Assembly: GCF_000150275.1 (NCBI RefSeq)
Contig: NW_002060977.1
Location: forward strand, 129,235 to 193,234
Reading direction: 5' to 3'
Source: Trichoplax adhaerens
Lineage: Eukaryota > Animalia > Placozoa
DNA length: 64,000 bases
Below the pieces are notes generated by a model. It saw nothing but the letters and a program-made list of their open reading frames with translations, did no database searches and had not been told where the DNA came from. Below are positions 16,801 to 31,706 of this stretch, piece by piece; the first letter of the stretch is position 1; each line of letters begins with the position of its first letter. Both the position numbers and the translations under genes were made by a program.

Positions 16801-19800
16801 ATTTAAGCGAATGAATAATTTCGCTTTAAGAGAAAAATTTCCAAATCTATAGCGTGTTATAGAATCTTATTCTTTGCATCCAAATCGTTCGTGTACAATG
16901 CACGTACTACGAATGCGTATACTTATTCTGAGAAAAAAATTTAGTTCTAGTAACATTGTTTAGTATCATATCTAATTCAGCTACTGCGATGGAATAATTG
17001 GGATGATATCAAGAGAGAAGGGATAACAACTCAATTTGACAAAAGAAAATCAATGAACAAAACTATTGATAGACTAAAAATTGAATAAAATGAAATCAAC
17101 AACAGATTGATAATTGTCACAACTGCTCCACAATTCAATGCATTGAAAATTCGTCTGTTAGTTAAACAATTGTGCCTATTTCCTGACTTCCTTATCATTT
17201 AGCAACGGTTCTACTTTCCGCCTGGTGTATTATTTTATTGTTTTCTGGTTACTTTTTGTCACTAAGACGCTAAACCTGCCGGTATCTGGAAATTTCTGAA
17301 GCATTTTTTATTTTATATTCTTTCGTCTTTAAGTGGAACCTCTGAGTCCGTTTTTGCAGATGGGGTTTTCCATTATTTTTATATTATCTCCTGGACTTTA
17401 ATTTTTATTAGCATTAATCATCCAATTACCTCCAATAGATTCTGCACATCAAATATGTATGAGATATCTAATCTAACTATGGCCCATGTTGATTTTTCAA
17501 ATTAAGTTTTAATCACAGCAATCATAAGATATCAATAGGATCGATTCTCATGATGGATGGCAAGATTTTCGTTTTACTTTAAAGATCAAGGAAGAATAGA
17601 GATAAATAAACAATGGTAACAACTGGCATAAGATATGGGAGACAAATTCAAAACAAAGGGAAAGATATTGATGTTACCGAACAATAGTATACAATTTTAA
17701 AAGATTGTCGTCAATATCGGCAATTCTATGCCGCCACTAATCAATATCTCGATAAAAGATTTCCACTATCAGAGTGAATCTCTGCAATAGTTTACCCTTT
17801 GACATCAATATTTATATTGGATAAATTTAATGATAATTTAAGATTCTCAACGCTATTTCTAAGCTTCTTTCGTACTTGCACTATAACTAGAAAGGCAGAT
17901 GATAATATATATGTTTAGTAGTGATAGTATGATAAAATATATTATTTTCTTCTTGCAATCATGATCAAGTTAAGCTCACCATTCCATTTTTTAGCCAGTA
18001 GTCATAATGCTATCTAATTAGTTAATATCTTTCAAATAGAATAGTGGATATAACTGAAGGATAGCTGATTATTCTTTGTCGGATTTTTTTCCTTTATTGG
18101 TCGAGAATACACTTCTATAAAAGTTTAACTATAGACTTCGGAATAACTTGTCTACAAATAATCATACTACGAAAACATAGTGAAAAACATTGTCAGTAAC
18201 TATGATAATAATTGGATTGTCCATGCAAAGTAATTGATCATCTTGGATTGTATAGTTTAGACAACAACTCTTATTTGCCATCTCAATAGAATACAGTAGT
18301 CTTAGTAGAGTGAAGTTAGGAATAAATGTCCCCTTATAATGAATGGCATGTCATCAAGAACATGACTATCTTTAAATGACCTTGTAATATTATTTAAATG
18401 ATCATCTGATGTATCTAATATTTCTTCGTGATCAGTTACTTTAGTGTCGTCGATAATATATCAATATTGATACTAGTAACACATAGTATTTACAATGTTG
18501 GTCAAATAGAAATTAGAATTTTAATCAATATCTTGCTGCGGTTGAATCAATAGCCATTTAAATTTATTAATTAAATGGTCATGGAAGTCAGTGCGCCGAC
18601 CGCTAGACCCCATACTTTATCTATTGTAGCATGAAAGCCGTCCCTCTTATTTATTCCCTTTCTCTTTTTCAAACAAATTGAAGTTATTGTTAAGGATAAT
18701 AAAGAAAAGGATAATTGAACGAAATTATCATAATCATCCATTTCGTCTTCTCAATTTGTTGTTGGTTGACGTACTGGAAAATAATCGCAATGTTTGAACA
18801 ATACATCATGTTATAATAAGTGTTTGCTTAACTCACAAACGATGACTTTTTACACATGTATTTTTCGTCTTCATATATGAATATAGCGCTTATTCAGTGA
18901 CAACAACTCTTGCTACAAGTAACTTATTTCAAGTAATAACAGTTATTCTTGCATTTGACACTTTTACTCTTCAATTTTAAAATTCGTTACTATCATGTTT
19001 CGATGGATCAAATTGGAATGATTGAAGATACTAAATTGATCATTTTAAATATTACTTGTCTAATTAACTAAGACATTACTTTTATTATCCTTCTATTTTC
19101 TATTTAATAGACAACGATGTTGAATTGACAAGTTTTGGTATTTGATTAATTAATTCGTTATAGCTGAAAGAATAAAGCAATCAATAGTTTAAGATTGACT
19201 TTAGTTGATGAATAACGATTAAATTAATAGAGTCAATTTAGGTAAGCTGGATTAAAATCAAGGCTGTATGCGGTTTCGTACTTAATTCACATCAAATAAA
19301 GGCTGAAATTTAATAACGTAATAATTCAATTTAGATAGTATGAAGCTAAAGTTGCATTTTTGACTACGACGTCGTAATGGCTTATTTATTCTTGAAAGTA
19401 AACAAAAAATAATTGAGAATTAATTTTTTAAGCGAAGATTTTTCACCTTGTCTAGTTTCGCATCAATACTTTTAACGCAATAACAATTCATATTTTAGCT
19501 AAGCATGAAAATCACCGTCAGGGACTCAGGATAATTGACTTTTATCTGTCATATCTATTAACCTAATCAGAATATGTGTAATTTGTCTTTTCTTTTGGCT
19601 AGGCAATACGATAATAAATAAATGAAAGTGCATTGATTAATTTTATAGTAGCATTTGGTTCTGATATGCCAGATTTAGATGACGATATGGTAGCTAAACA
19701 ACGAAAATGCATAGAAATATCAGGCAATTAGAAAGGATATGAATTAAAAAACTCAACTAAAAGAATTCGTCATGCTAGTACGGTGCTAAAGGGGTTCAAA

Positions 19801-22168
19801 TTGTTGGAAAAGCAAGAAAAGAAAATTTAATTAGAGGCAATGTAGAAATGCCAGTTGGATAGAAAGATATTGATCTCATTACGGACAATGGTTTAGCATC
19901 CATTGTTTATCATCGATGAAGAAATGATAAATATAATAAACGATTTCCTTCATTATAATCATGCAATGACATCAAGCCCAAACGTAACAGAAACAGTAAA
20001 TAGCAGACAGGTTAAAAGAAAAGACAATAGCTATCAATCAAATGGAGGATATAGAATGAAGATACAAAGAAGGGAAGTTATTTAGTCAATTTTGTCGAAT
20101 AGCAGGTGTTGTGAAGTTGAAATCATTACTAGATGACAATTGAATAAAAATATGGTTATTCTATTTAGATTTCTTTGGCTTATTTCCTCTTCTAGAATTG
20201 CATCTCTACCTCCTTTTCTCTTGTATGTACTTACAGACATTTATAGACACCGTACGCACCTAAATTGTGATACAAGATTCCCTGCTCGTCCTTTTCCGCC
20301 TCCCTCGCTATAGCAAACAAAATTAATGTATGGAAATCAATAACGAAACAGTTGGTTCGTGCACTGAGTTCAATATTTCAATACAAAAGAAACAATCAAG
20401 ACTGACCTATGAAGAATAGAAACAATTTGACATGGTTACCCTTCTTTAAATGATTGAAATTCAATAATATATTTACAGGATTAGTTTGTGTATATAATGG
20501 AGTGGATATTGTTGTCACTTCATATTTTTTAATCCCATTTGCAAATAGTTCAAGCATCAGTTGTTGCACGAGCTATTTTATTACTTGGTCTTTCTTCTCC
20601 ATTACTTGCTAACGTTATTAAACTACTGTCTTCCATCTTCACTCTGTCGACCATTACTTTGTCTACCTGTCTGTGATAGTGTTATCTACTATTCTGTTTC
20701 TCTTTTGCATCTCCTACTTTTGATAAAACAGTCGTTTTTCTTTCACTTCGGCACACTATTACTAGGACCATCGACTGTTCAAGGTATCCTCATTTTTCAT
20801 GCCATTTCTCTATTTCTTATGTCTTATCTGTTATTGCTTATTATTTTCAAATTGCTTTCTTTTCTTCATTTAATGCAAATATACAGTAAGTGGAATCATT
20901 TTTCTAGAGTTAATGATTCCCCATTTTATCGTTTTCAATTCAATTTCTATTTTAACGACTTTCGAGACTCTGTTTCCAACTAACTCCTTTTTTTTAAACT
21001 AAATTATTATTACATCAAACTAATTAATGTTTTCTTTCCAATTAATAGTCATCCAATTCTACCAATCCATTATTCAACACCTTTAACGATCTAGCATTCA
21101 TCGGCGATACTACCGGGCAACGGCAAAAAAATTTTAACAGTCAAATTCCCAATCCGCCTAAAAAGAATATTGAATAACGTGTTAGGTAAATAATTCAACA
21201 GTTCACTATAATATAACTCATTCAATTCTCTCTATCACGATAAATTTGCTTATTTTTTTCATTAACTAATCAATCAATGAATCAGCCAGATTATACCAAA
21301 GTAATCAAAATATTGCCACTACTATATTGGATTAGACATAAATGATACCACTAGAATTTAATTAAATAACGATAGTTTAGTATTAATATTTCTTAATCCC
21401 ATTAAGGGTTCATGACGGCGATATGATAATGATGTTATTAAAATTATCTAGTTTTTTCAAATTTACGGTATATTTCATTGAACATCGTCCTTGTCTACCA
21501 GTATGTCACGATTGCTTTCGATATCTCAGTCTTGATCAATCTCATTCGACTTTATTCCTTCCCTATGTTCTTAAGAATATAGTAAAACTATATAGTTTAT
21601 TATTAATTTGGGATTAAACTGAAAAAAAGTCAAAAATATTGATTTATTGTCACTTTAAGTGCAATTAACTTGCTTTATCTGAATGTCTCAACTATATGTA
21701 AAAATTTAAATTTAATGGATACTCTATTAACTCGATACATTGTTGACATAACATATTTGATTTAATGATTAAATGTACTTTAATTTATATTATATCAAGC
21801 AGTCCTTCATTAAGCAAAACCATATCCTCATACAGTATTTTTATAATTAAAATTTAACGAGGATATTATTAATGCATAGAGTTTCTTTTATACTGATTTA
21901 TAAATATTGCCAACATCGATGTTTTAATTAATTCTTTATTGCTATAGTATATAACTAATTATTATGTTATTTTACCTGTTAGGAAATAATATTATCTCAA
22001 TCAATATTGACAACTGCCAAAAAAATAAATTACAATTAATTAACATTGACAAGGACTGGATTAATCAAGCCCAACTTATATTCTGCCAATTACTTCTAAA
22101 CCATTTAAGCGCTCAACACTTAATTCAACATTTTCAATCAAGACAGACCCAAATTTAAACCGCTAAGC

Positions 22169-22930
22169 ATGTCTAATGGTAAAACTAAACAAAATTGCTA
22201 TCATATTAAGCGACCTATGAATGCATTCATTGTATGGTCCAAAGAACAACGACGTAAAATCGCCGAAGAAAATCCTAAAATGCATAATGCTGAAATTAGT
22301 AAAATATTAGGAGCAAAATGGAAGATGCTATCGGAAGGTGAAAAGCGACCGTTCATTAATGAAGCTAAGCGTTTACATGCTGTCCATATGAAAATTCATC
22401 CTGAATATAAGTATCGACCACGACGTCGAAAAAGTAAACAATTAATGAAAAAGGATCGATATCCATTTCCACCATCGACTCAAGCAGCAGCGGCCGCTGC
22501 AGCAGCAGCCGCTGGTGTCGGTGGCGGTGGTGGCGCTCCAGGTATGATTATCAGCCAACATGGACCACCCATGGATGGATCCAATCCTTTTCCTGGTATG
22601 CCAAATAGCGCGCAATCAGCATTCGTTCAAGTTCCACCAGCATATAACAACCCGCCGCAACTATCATCTAATCCAAACGCAACCAATATGCAAAGATCGG
22701 ATTACTCACTGAAGGGAAGGCCTGGACCATCGGATTATCGAACCAGTGAAATGCAAGGAAGGCCTAATGATATCAACAATCCGAACACAACAGTATCCAA
22801 CTACATGAATGGCCCACCAGTTCAAATGACTCCAAGTGGAATTTATCTATCATCATATAATCCAGCAGCAGCGGCCGCTGCTGCTGCTGGTAGTCATATG
22901 TTACCTACGGCTTTTCCCAATTATTGGTAG
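22169..22930 (+). CDS. SoxB2: Group B Sox HMG-box transcription factor, SoxB2-like (Sox14/Sox21 type), 253 aa, single coding exon
   Basis: [13 protein letters not shown]...[13 protein letters not shown] box right after a very short N-terminus, followed by group-B homology [12 protein letters not shown]; poly-Ala tracts. Confidence 0.9.
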   Translation: MSNGKTKQNCYHIKRPMNAFIVWSKEQRRKIAEENPKMHNAEISKILGAKWKMLSEGEKRPFINEAKRLHAVHMKIHPEYKYRPRRRKSKQLMKKDRYPFPPSTQAAAAAAAAAAGVGGGGGAPGMIISQHGPPMDGSNPFPGMPNSAQSAFVQVPPAYNNPPQLSSNPNATNMQRSDYSLKGRPGPSDYRTSEMQGRPNDINNPNTTVSNYMNGPPVQMTPSGIYLSSYNPAAAAAAAAGSHMLPTAFPNYW

Positions 22931-25900
22931 ATGAAAAAGCAACCAAGCTCGTTGTTTACTGGAGGCGTCCTTGAAGTAAAGCATGTGGCGGCGAATGAAT
23001 ATCGATTAGGAAACCATTTACCGTTGACGATAAGTCGTCTATTGATTTGTAGAACAGAGTTTACATAGATAGTGATTGCTATGGTATACTTTCATTAGCT
23101 GTTACAGTTATTAGGTTAAAAAAATGATTAACTGTTATTAATAATGAAATTTTTCCCAATATATTCTTTTTAGACATATTTACTGTCTTTGATAATACTT
23201 ATAAACCTTATGATGTCAAAATTTGTAATGAAATCATATCAACAGTAAATCAATCCACTTGAAAGACTGGATGAAGTATTAAAGACATTAAGTATTACTT
23301 TATCGTAAATTTCAAACTGTCTAAGAAATAAGTTGATCAATAGACCAGCTATAATATTGACACGATAAAGTGCAGTACATATTTATAAATGATTAACAAT
23401 TCACTATATGACATTGCTTGCCCTCATAAATCCATAGATTTTGATAGTTTATGTTTATTCGTTCATTCTTTTAAATTAAGTAAAGATAGAATACAAGTAT
23501 ACTAGTGTTATTATCATTTGTCAAGATGATTTTCACTTATCATTAGATCCATTCTTTATAATAATTCTAGTATATCGTCTACTTGATTTTTCTAGATTAC
23601 GAACAATTTATGTTATAGAATGGATAGTATTTTATGTTTCTTCTGTACAATATAGTAAAATTCGTATTAGATGTATAACTGATAATATAGACAAAATCAT
23701 ACCTAGTTACTCAGCTTTTAGAGTTAACTACGGAAATAGACAAGATGTGATGTTTTGTGCATATTGCCAATAAAATATACCAGGCATTGAACTACACAGA
23801 CTAAAAGATCAATTCATTGAATACCTTCTCATACGATATTGAATATGTATGGCAAAAAAACATAATGAGTCTGTATTAGAAACCAAGTTATAGATGAAAT
23901 TGTATCCATTGTTAACATAGCATTACAGCTTTATAGACCAAAAATAAGGTTTATAAGCTGTTGTATTGGTCACAAAACTATGTATCAATTTATCGTAAAA
24001 TGTCCAAGTAATCTTCTAGTACCTCTTATAGTATTGTATCAGGTTACCAAGGTCTACGCACACATATATAAAATAAGAAAATGATCGAGTGAAATAATAC
24101 CGGTAGCTATAAAATGGAATTAGTAACACTTTTAGATCTATTTTATTAGGATCTTTGAAAATATCGATTATAAGAACGCCACCCGATAAATACTGAGAAA
24201 TTTATGTAACTATAATAAATAGTCGTTATTAGTACAGTTTTAACTAAATTGATGGTTACCGCTTAGTAAATTTAGATGTAAGTTATTATAGGGTGAGTAA
24301 ATGTTCTTTGACTCACAGTAAGATATATCTTTGTTGTAGATAGTGTTAGATATTAAGTACGATATATGTTACATTAGCAATTAGATAGAACGTTAAGTAT
24401 ATGACTAGAATATTATCTATATAAGTACTTGTAATATGATAACTGTATTGTGATTCTGTAATACCGTACATGATTATATTTCAAAAAATCGGACTGATAA
24501 TTTACGATAGATATACGTATGTTGTAAAGTAAATGATTGCTATAATAGTTAGTAATTAGTTTTACGGTATATGTTAAATGTCACAACGCAAAATGGCCAA
24601 GGCGTAAGCTGGAATGTCTATAAATACCCGGTATTTTTAATAATAAAGTCACTTACAAATCTTACGCGTGGATTAGAATTCATTGCGTAAAACATAACAA
24701 TCTTAACGATAGACCTTGCCATATCAGATACAAAAATGTGTTTAGAACTTGATAATCTATGAGTATAATCATTGCGATTAGTTTTATAACGAAATACTTT
24801 ACCAGCGTTTAGATCCTATCCTCTATCACATGCAATTCTACAAACATTGATGCAAAGATCGTATTTTGCCAGTGTTTTATAAGAAATTGTTACAGTGGTC
24901 GTTTACAAACTACATATTTGCCTTGATTTATCTACAAATCACAGTTATAAGGACGTGAAATTGCATGTGATAGTAAAGATTTAGTACTTTTACGTAAAAC
25001 GTAGAAGATTAATGAAGCTGTATCTTATTACATAAGCGTTTACATATTCAAGCTAAAATACAACATGTTTTTTAACAGAAAAATTGTAGAATAATGCCAT
25101 TATTAACTTAGCCTATTTGTCTCACTCACAATTGGATATCATATTTGAAAGAAATTTCCCGTGATACCTAACTGTCATTATGACAATATAACAGTATAAA
25201 AGTACATTTTTCATCTACTATCACGCCAATTCATTTTGGTTAAATAGTAGTATTTTTATTCCATAATAGTTATGTAAATGATAATTATCTCTCATAACTA
25301 TTGACTAGGACATATTAATCGACTCAAATTAAAATTGCTGTCTGCAAGATCGTATAAATGTTTGGTATGGAACACGATTCGAAGTTTTCCAAAGATTCCT
25401 TATTGATTTAAACTTTGTAATCAATTGAAGTTAAAAGTAAAAGTCAAGATAGGATTAGGAGTTTCTTTGAAGATATCTATCAAATATATAACAATATTTC
25501 TCGTAACTCCTGATATATTTGATCAGGTTGAAATTGCAAATTCAGACAGAATAACGTTCTGCACAATGGACATTCTACCAATATGGTTAGTTGCCTATTA
25601 CATTACAAGGTGTTAAATGCTATTATCAGCAGCAGCACTTGCAATCTTGACATAAATTAAAAGTTATTTTATTATTCTTAAATCTTTGATGGTTCGTTTC
25701 TACTTTTTCTATCGTTTTGTTTTTTAACTTTGAATATTATCAGTAGTTAAATTAAGAATTTTTTCAGCGAACTATTCATTAATGAATTTTAAAAATAACT
25801 AAACCTATAACTTTCAGTTGTATTTGATACGATCCATTCGCAGTTGTAAGATTTTTAATTACTTGAATAACCATGCAGCCATGATATATCGACTATTTTA

Positions 25901-28011
25901 AATTTTCGCCCTTTTGGTGAATGAAAATATCCTAAGGATACCTCTATAATTGTGAATAGTGAACTATCTTACTATTTGCAAAAAAATAATGTTGTCATTA
26001 ACATTTACGCTACAAATATTGTCACAGAATAGTAGCAAATACAACAGAAAAACTACAGTGGGTTGATTAAGAATTTAAATAAAGAAATACCACCAATATA
26101 CACTTATTATGGTACGGCACATAGAATTGATAATAGATGGATGATTAATACTACTGTCAAAATGTTTGTACATTTGTTATTGGCTGTATCAAATTCAATT
26201 TTAGTCTATTTGCTTGTTAATGCGTTCATTGAATAATTTGAATGTGCTATAGCAAATTTAACTATAATATACTTACAGCAAAGTCTAAGTGAAGAAAGCT
26301 TGACTCCTACTTAAAATATGGTACCGAAAACGGTGTTTATACTTTGGTACGTTAGTCAAAGGCAAAAAATTTTTCTCCCAGAATTACAACTTCAAAGAGA
26401 TGTTACATGATTTAGACTGTAGACTGTTGTTACCTATCGATAGACATTATCTTTTCTTACGGTCAAACTGTGCTCTATTGACTACTATTTCTATACGCCA
26501 ATACATACATGTTCAGTAGTCATTTACAATTGAAAGTGAGTACTGATATAAAAAATGATGGTCTTATATTCCTTTATACCTAGATGATACTTTAAAAGTG
26601 AAACTACAACATTACTTCTTTTGCTGCATGAGGCTAAATTGTGAGGAATGCCGTTTGTTCAGATTTTGCAGGTGAATGTTGTTGCTAATTTTATCTTACT
26701 TCTTGGGTAATTTTAACTTTGCTCTATGTTACTCTTTGATTTGGAAATCTTTAATATTTTATAATTTTCCTTCGTGGGATAGTCTAATATCAAACCGTTC
26801 CGTTTTCTAGCATTAAAAATCGTCATTTATAATCACGACAGCTTCTATGCACTGTATTTCCTTCCGAAGAAGTAACAATTTTTATGCATCAGCTTTCAAA
26901 AAGTAAATATAAAGGATAGTAACAAGAACATATAGATTACTGATAAACTAATCGTTCCTGTTAGCTTGGCATCATGGATATCATGATTATCTTCGAAGCG
27001 TGATTATCTACTTCTATTAATAAATTTGTCCGTAGGCATCAATATTTCGAGTTTTCGATGGAAGTAAAACAACTGTGTTCGTACAAGGTTAAGTCTTAAG
27101 CTTTTTCTTTCGTAGGTTCAGGTTTTTGAATCGACGTCTTGATGTCTAAGAAGTTAAATTTAGGTAGAATTTCTTTATATTATAAATGCAAAAGTGATAA
27201 AAATTCCACTATTTCCATGCTATCTAACTCTTCCTATAAGCTTGGTGATATGTATGAAATTATTTATTTTGGATATGACTGGTAGGATCTTAAATCAGGT
27301 TATGATAATAAATGTATAGTCATTTCTTCATCCGATTAACGAATAAGGAATTGGAAACAAGCAACATCATTCAAATATAATCACCATTGCCACGATGTAC
27401 GATACACATTAAAAGCTGCTAACCGAAAAAAATCTTGAATAATCCTTTATTAAAATTTCTTAGAAATTCAGTAATCAATGATAGGTAATTTCTCAATACT
27501 AACTCAATATCCCATCGTTTAATTGCTGGCGGTACCATTATATATTTTAAGCTGTACAAATTAATGCGCATTACTGGGAGTGACGAAGAATTTTATCAAG
27601 GTTTAAAAATGTTCATACAAAGTTATCCTTCCACAGTGGCGTACAAACTCCAAAATTACGGACCCGGTATTTAAGTATTCGAATGATAAGGCAGATATAA
27701 ATAAATTAAAATAATCTAGCAGTAAAATTTACTCACAATTCTAAATTCGATTTGAAACTTATTAGCTCGATTTTAAGAATATAGTTATGAATATTTAGGC
27801 CGAAATTTAACTTGTATTTGTATTTTCTATGTAACAAAGGTTTAACGACTTGAATTAAGACTATGCAATTGTGTTTGAAATATTTCAATAGCAAACAAAT
27901 TTCTTTTTGAGATAATGAGTATTCGTCTCACCAAATCAGCCAATATTGATCAAAACACAGTTCAGCGATGAATACATTATCTCGCAGTATAATTGCATAT
28001 ATGAGCCATAT

Positions 28012-30756
28012 CTAAACTTGGGTTTCATATATAACAGTAACAGTTTTGTTATTACTAACTGATACATCATTCTGTAAATGACGCTTTTTACAAACTGCGA
28101 TAAATGAATTAGAAATTCTAAGAGCTCTCTCTTCAGGTATGAGTAATATTAAAAAGCCACAACAAATGCATAGAGCTCCAATCACTTTAATATAATCAAA
28201 ATAAATTTGACGAAATATTAAATCTACAATAGCATTACCAGGGATACCTAATAACACACCAAGAGAAATAAATATTGGATAAGTTATTCCTATTCCGAAT
28301 ATCAATAAGCTGTTGAACAGCACTCCCAATCCAGCAATAGAGTTTAAATTATCCCACGGCAAATCAGGCCACTTTATAACCTCGAAGTTAGTAACATGAA
28401 AGACTAGCACAACTGGCCACACCGTCAGTGTTATGCAAATACTCATAGCAGACGTATAAAGGGCACTTTTACCAATACTAGCGTTAGCGAGGACAACCTT
28501 CAAAGATACCTACAATCATGATACGAACAATTTTAAAGTAAATCCTAACTTGGCATTAAGCTAGCTAATATTTTATAGTAAAAATCGTTAATTCATTGCT
28601 GTTTAAACGACTTGAATCAGTCATTTGACTGTAGGCGCCGCAATTAATGCTAGTCACGACTATAAGAAAGCAATAAAAAATTTATTCATCGCAATACGTA
28701 GTGGACTATAAGGTAAAAAACTCCCCTACAGAATGTTTCACGAAATAATGGTTCTATTTAACAAATTAAAAAAATGTACGAGCTCGTATTCTTATGTTCA
28801 GTATTTGTTTATCTACAATTTTTTCTCTCACAACGTTTATTATTATCATAGATTTTCATAGTACTGTAATTGCTAAGGCTACTCATAAATACGTATCTAA
28901 CAACGGTATCCAATCAGTCAGTAGAATGGAAAGCTATTTATTTCATGATGCAAGTACTTACCCTATAAATGGAAGATAAAACAGCTAGGCAGAAAGCTAA
29001 TATTATTCCGAGGGCAGTGGCTCCTTCGAATCCATTCGAGTATGCAAACAAAACTACTCCTGTAACGGATAGTAAAACTGCGAATATCTATTAATCAAAA
29101 AGATATACAGCAGGGTTTAGCAGAATTACGACATAAACTAAGACTATTAAGTTGTGATTATATTCATAATAATTAATCAGTAACAGATTCCATAATTAGT
29201 TACTTTAGCAGAGTTGTTTAATTTACTTTTAAATTACCCGTATTAAAATAGTCGGTTCTTTCAACCAAAAAATTGATAATACGTAGATAAGAGCAATATT
29301 TGATGATAATATTGCTGTGAAATCGCCAGCAGGAATCAGCGTTAAAGAGTAATAGTAGCAATACGAGCCTAATGACATTAAAATCGCGACAGGTAGCACT
29401 TTAATCAAGATACCCTTGGTATACGATCCTTTGTACTTTAATGCAATGGAGCATTCACTGTCCAACATAAGATATTGTTAAATAGTTAATCCAATAGAAA
29501 TTAAACAAAGCTGATTCTTAGAATATTGATGACGACTACATCAAGGTATTTTACTACTGTGACAGTACTCTCTTTTACTAATTACTGATACTGCACAGGA
29601 CTGCCACATAAAGAATGGCAAAATCTTCTACCTCCACATTTCGTTGAGTGATTTACCAAGGATCAATCCGAATAAACAGTATATAGGATAGCATATTATG
29701 GTCCATGATCTAGCATACCTGAATCAATGATGGATAAACATTATGAACAAATTCAATTGTGATCCATATCGATTGTCATTTACTATACGTACCATGTAAG
29801 ATAGCAAAATGCGGTGAAATTGTAATTCGCAATATTATTCGAAAATTGAGCTTGCAAAACCCATGATATGACCAGCATTACCACGATCATCAGTCCGGAC
29901 AATGATTTTAAGGTGCATGCATCGCGAAGGTGAAACTTATGATGGCTTGCAATTTCTGGTATTATAAAGATAAAGATAGCGGCGTTAAAGTTGGTAAAAA
30001 TAACGTATTCAAATTGTTCACTGCAAGGACTACGCCACTCCATTCTTCAGCAGTTAACATGACAACAAGTATCCAATACTGTAGTGTAGTATATTTGTTT
30101 ACAATATCACTATTTGCATGGTAATGGTATACGCATAGCAATATACACTTAACTGCTTCTATACTAAGTGATAGCATTAAGCTGAGACTCTAGAAAAATG
30201 TAAGCCATTTCTTAACTTTCAATCCGTACAAGTATGCTTTACGTTTTAGCTAATATGTTAACTGTCATAAATAAAATTTGTAACTATACAGTATTGCTAC
30301 ATGTTATTATGTTATACTGAGGCGATTTCAGATAGTTACCACGGATGTTTCAAGTAGGGTAACGGTAACGCAGTGATCGTATGCAGCATGAAGCTATGTA
30401 TATTTAACCAACTGCCTGTGTTGGTGCATATCTTATTTGGATTCAATGTACAGCAAACTAAAGTGTTCTTTTGACAACAGTAGATATTCATTTATGATGT
30501 TAACTGGACGTGATTCGTCAACATCAAGCATGAATCTACAGGAATTGTGGTTAGAATTAATCGGTGAATAGGGCCAAGTAAAGTTGGAGCTATTGAAGCC
30601 AAGTCGAGTACAAAACCTCATTTATGCAAGTATTCAAATGTTATAAGAAACAAAACACATTCTGAATACTGATAATATTATTTTTAAACGATGCGACCTA
30701 CCATCAACAGCACAGGCAGTAACTTCTTTATCGGTGGAATCAGTTTCTACAGTCAT
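28012..30756 (-). CDS. SLC35F3/F4-like EamA/DMT transporter (divergent paralog). Exons 30702-30756 (tentative), 29793-29955, 29632-29718, 29238-29457, 28962-29087, 28012-28509
   Basis: ISWVLQAQF, FCYLTWY, GDFTAILSSNIALIYVLSIFWLKE, TYPIFISLGVLLGIPGNAIVD. Internal exon sizes 87/220/126 are identical to the + strand paralog. First exon uncertain. Confidence 0.85.
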
Positions 30757-31636
30757 CTTCTTCAAATACAGTTACCGTTGCATATACACTTGCGCTAAAA
30801 TATAACCTATATCAATGGAAGCGCGACAGTATTCAGGTCAGGCTTGAATTAATCTCCTGTCTACAGCATGGATGAATGATTTGCAAACGCTGGCTTCTAC
30901 GATGCTGAATGAACTAATGAAGGCAACGGATGTACTGGGATCTCCTAGCAGAGGTCTAGCCTTTAAAAATGGACAGTAAATTGTACAGTACAGTACAGTA
31001 CAGCGTACAGTCTAAATCTGATTACAGTACCTCCATACAGTACTGTGAGTGCTGTAGAAGATGATGGATCGAGTGACCCGATTGGCTACTCCTATTAATG
31101 AATCGATTAATAAATACCTCAATATTCCCTAATAAGGGAATATAAAATATTACAATATAACGTAAATCACTCACTACTAGATTTTACTTTTACTGTTGAA
31201 CTGTACTGTACAGTATAGTACTGTAGTGTATGCATCAGTACTGCTTTGCATTATACTGTACATGATTGCATCTAATTGCATCATGTCTACCTATTTCTAC
31301 ATTGTACAATGTACAGTACACTAAAGTGATACAACAGTAAAATATCTGCGTTGACTCTCGATTCTCATCAGCACAGTAACTTTATGTTTTGAATTGACAA
31401 TATCTACTCGTCTTTTCTGATAACTAGAAAGGCATCATTTTTTATGTAACTACCACTACTGTACAGTATACTAGAGACCCTCTATTATGGTTTCTACTGT
31501 ACAGTACACTAGAGACCCTCTTAGGGTTTCTACTTTCTACTGTACAGTACAGTACTGTACGCATTAGAGACTTACAGTGTACAGTACAGTACTGTACGCA
31601 TTAGAGACTTACTGTACAGTACTGTACTGATGAGAT

Positions 31637-31706
31637 AAAGTCATGACCCCGTGACCNNNNNNNNNNNNNNNNNNNNNNNNNNNNNNNNNNNNNNNNNNNN
31701 NNNNNN
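31637..31706. other. Assembly gap (70 N)
   Basis: Run of n characters. Confidence 0.99.

Noticed and set aside
20561-20983. 140-aa hydrophobic ORF upstream of SoxB2
   Set aside because: Non-ATG start, pyrimidine-rich low-complexity composition and no motif; more likely leader/promoter DNA.
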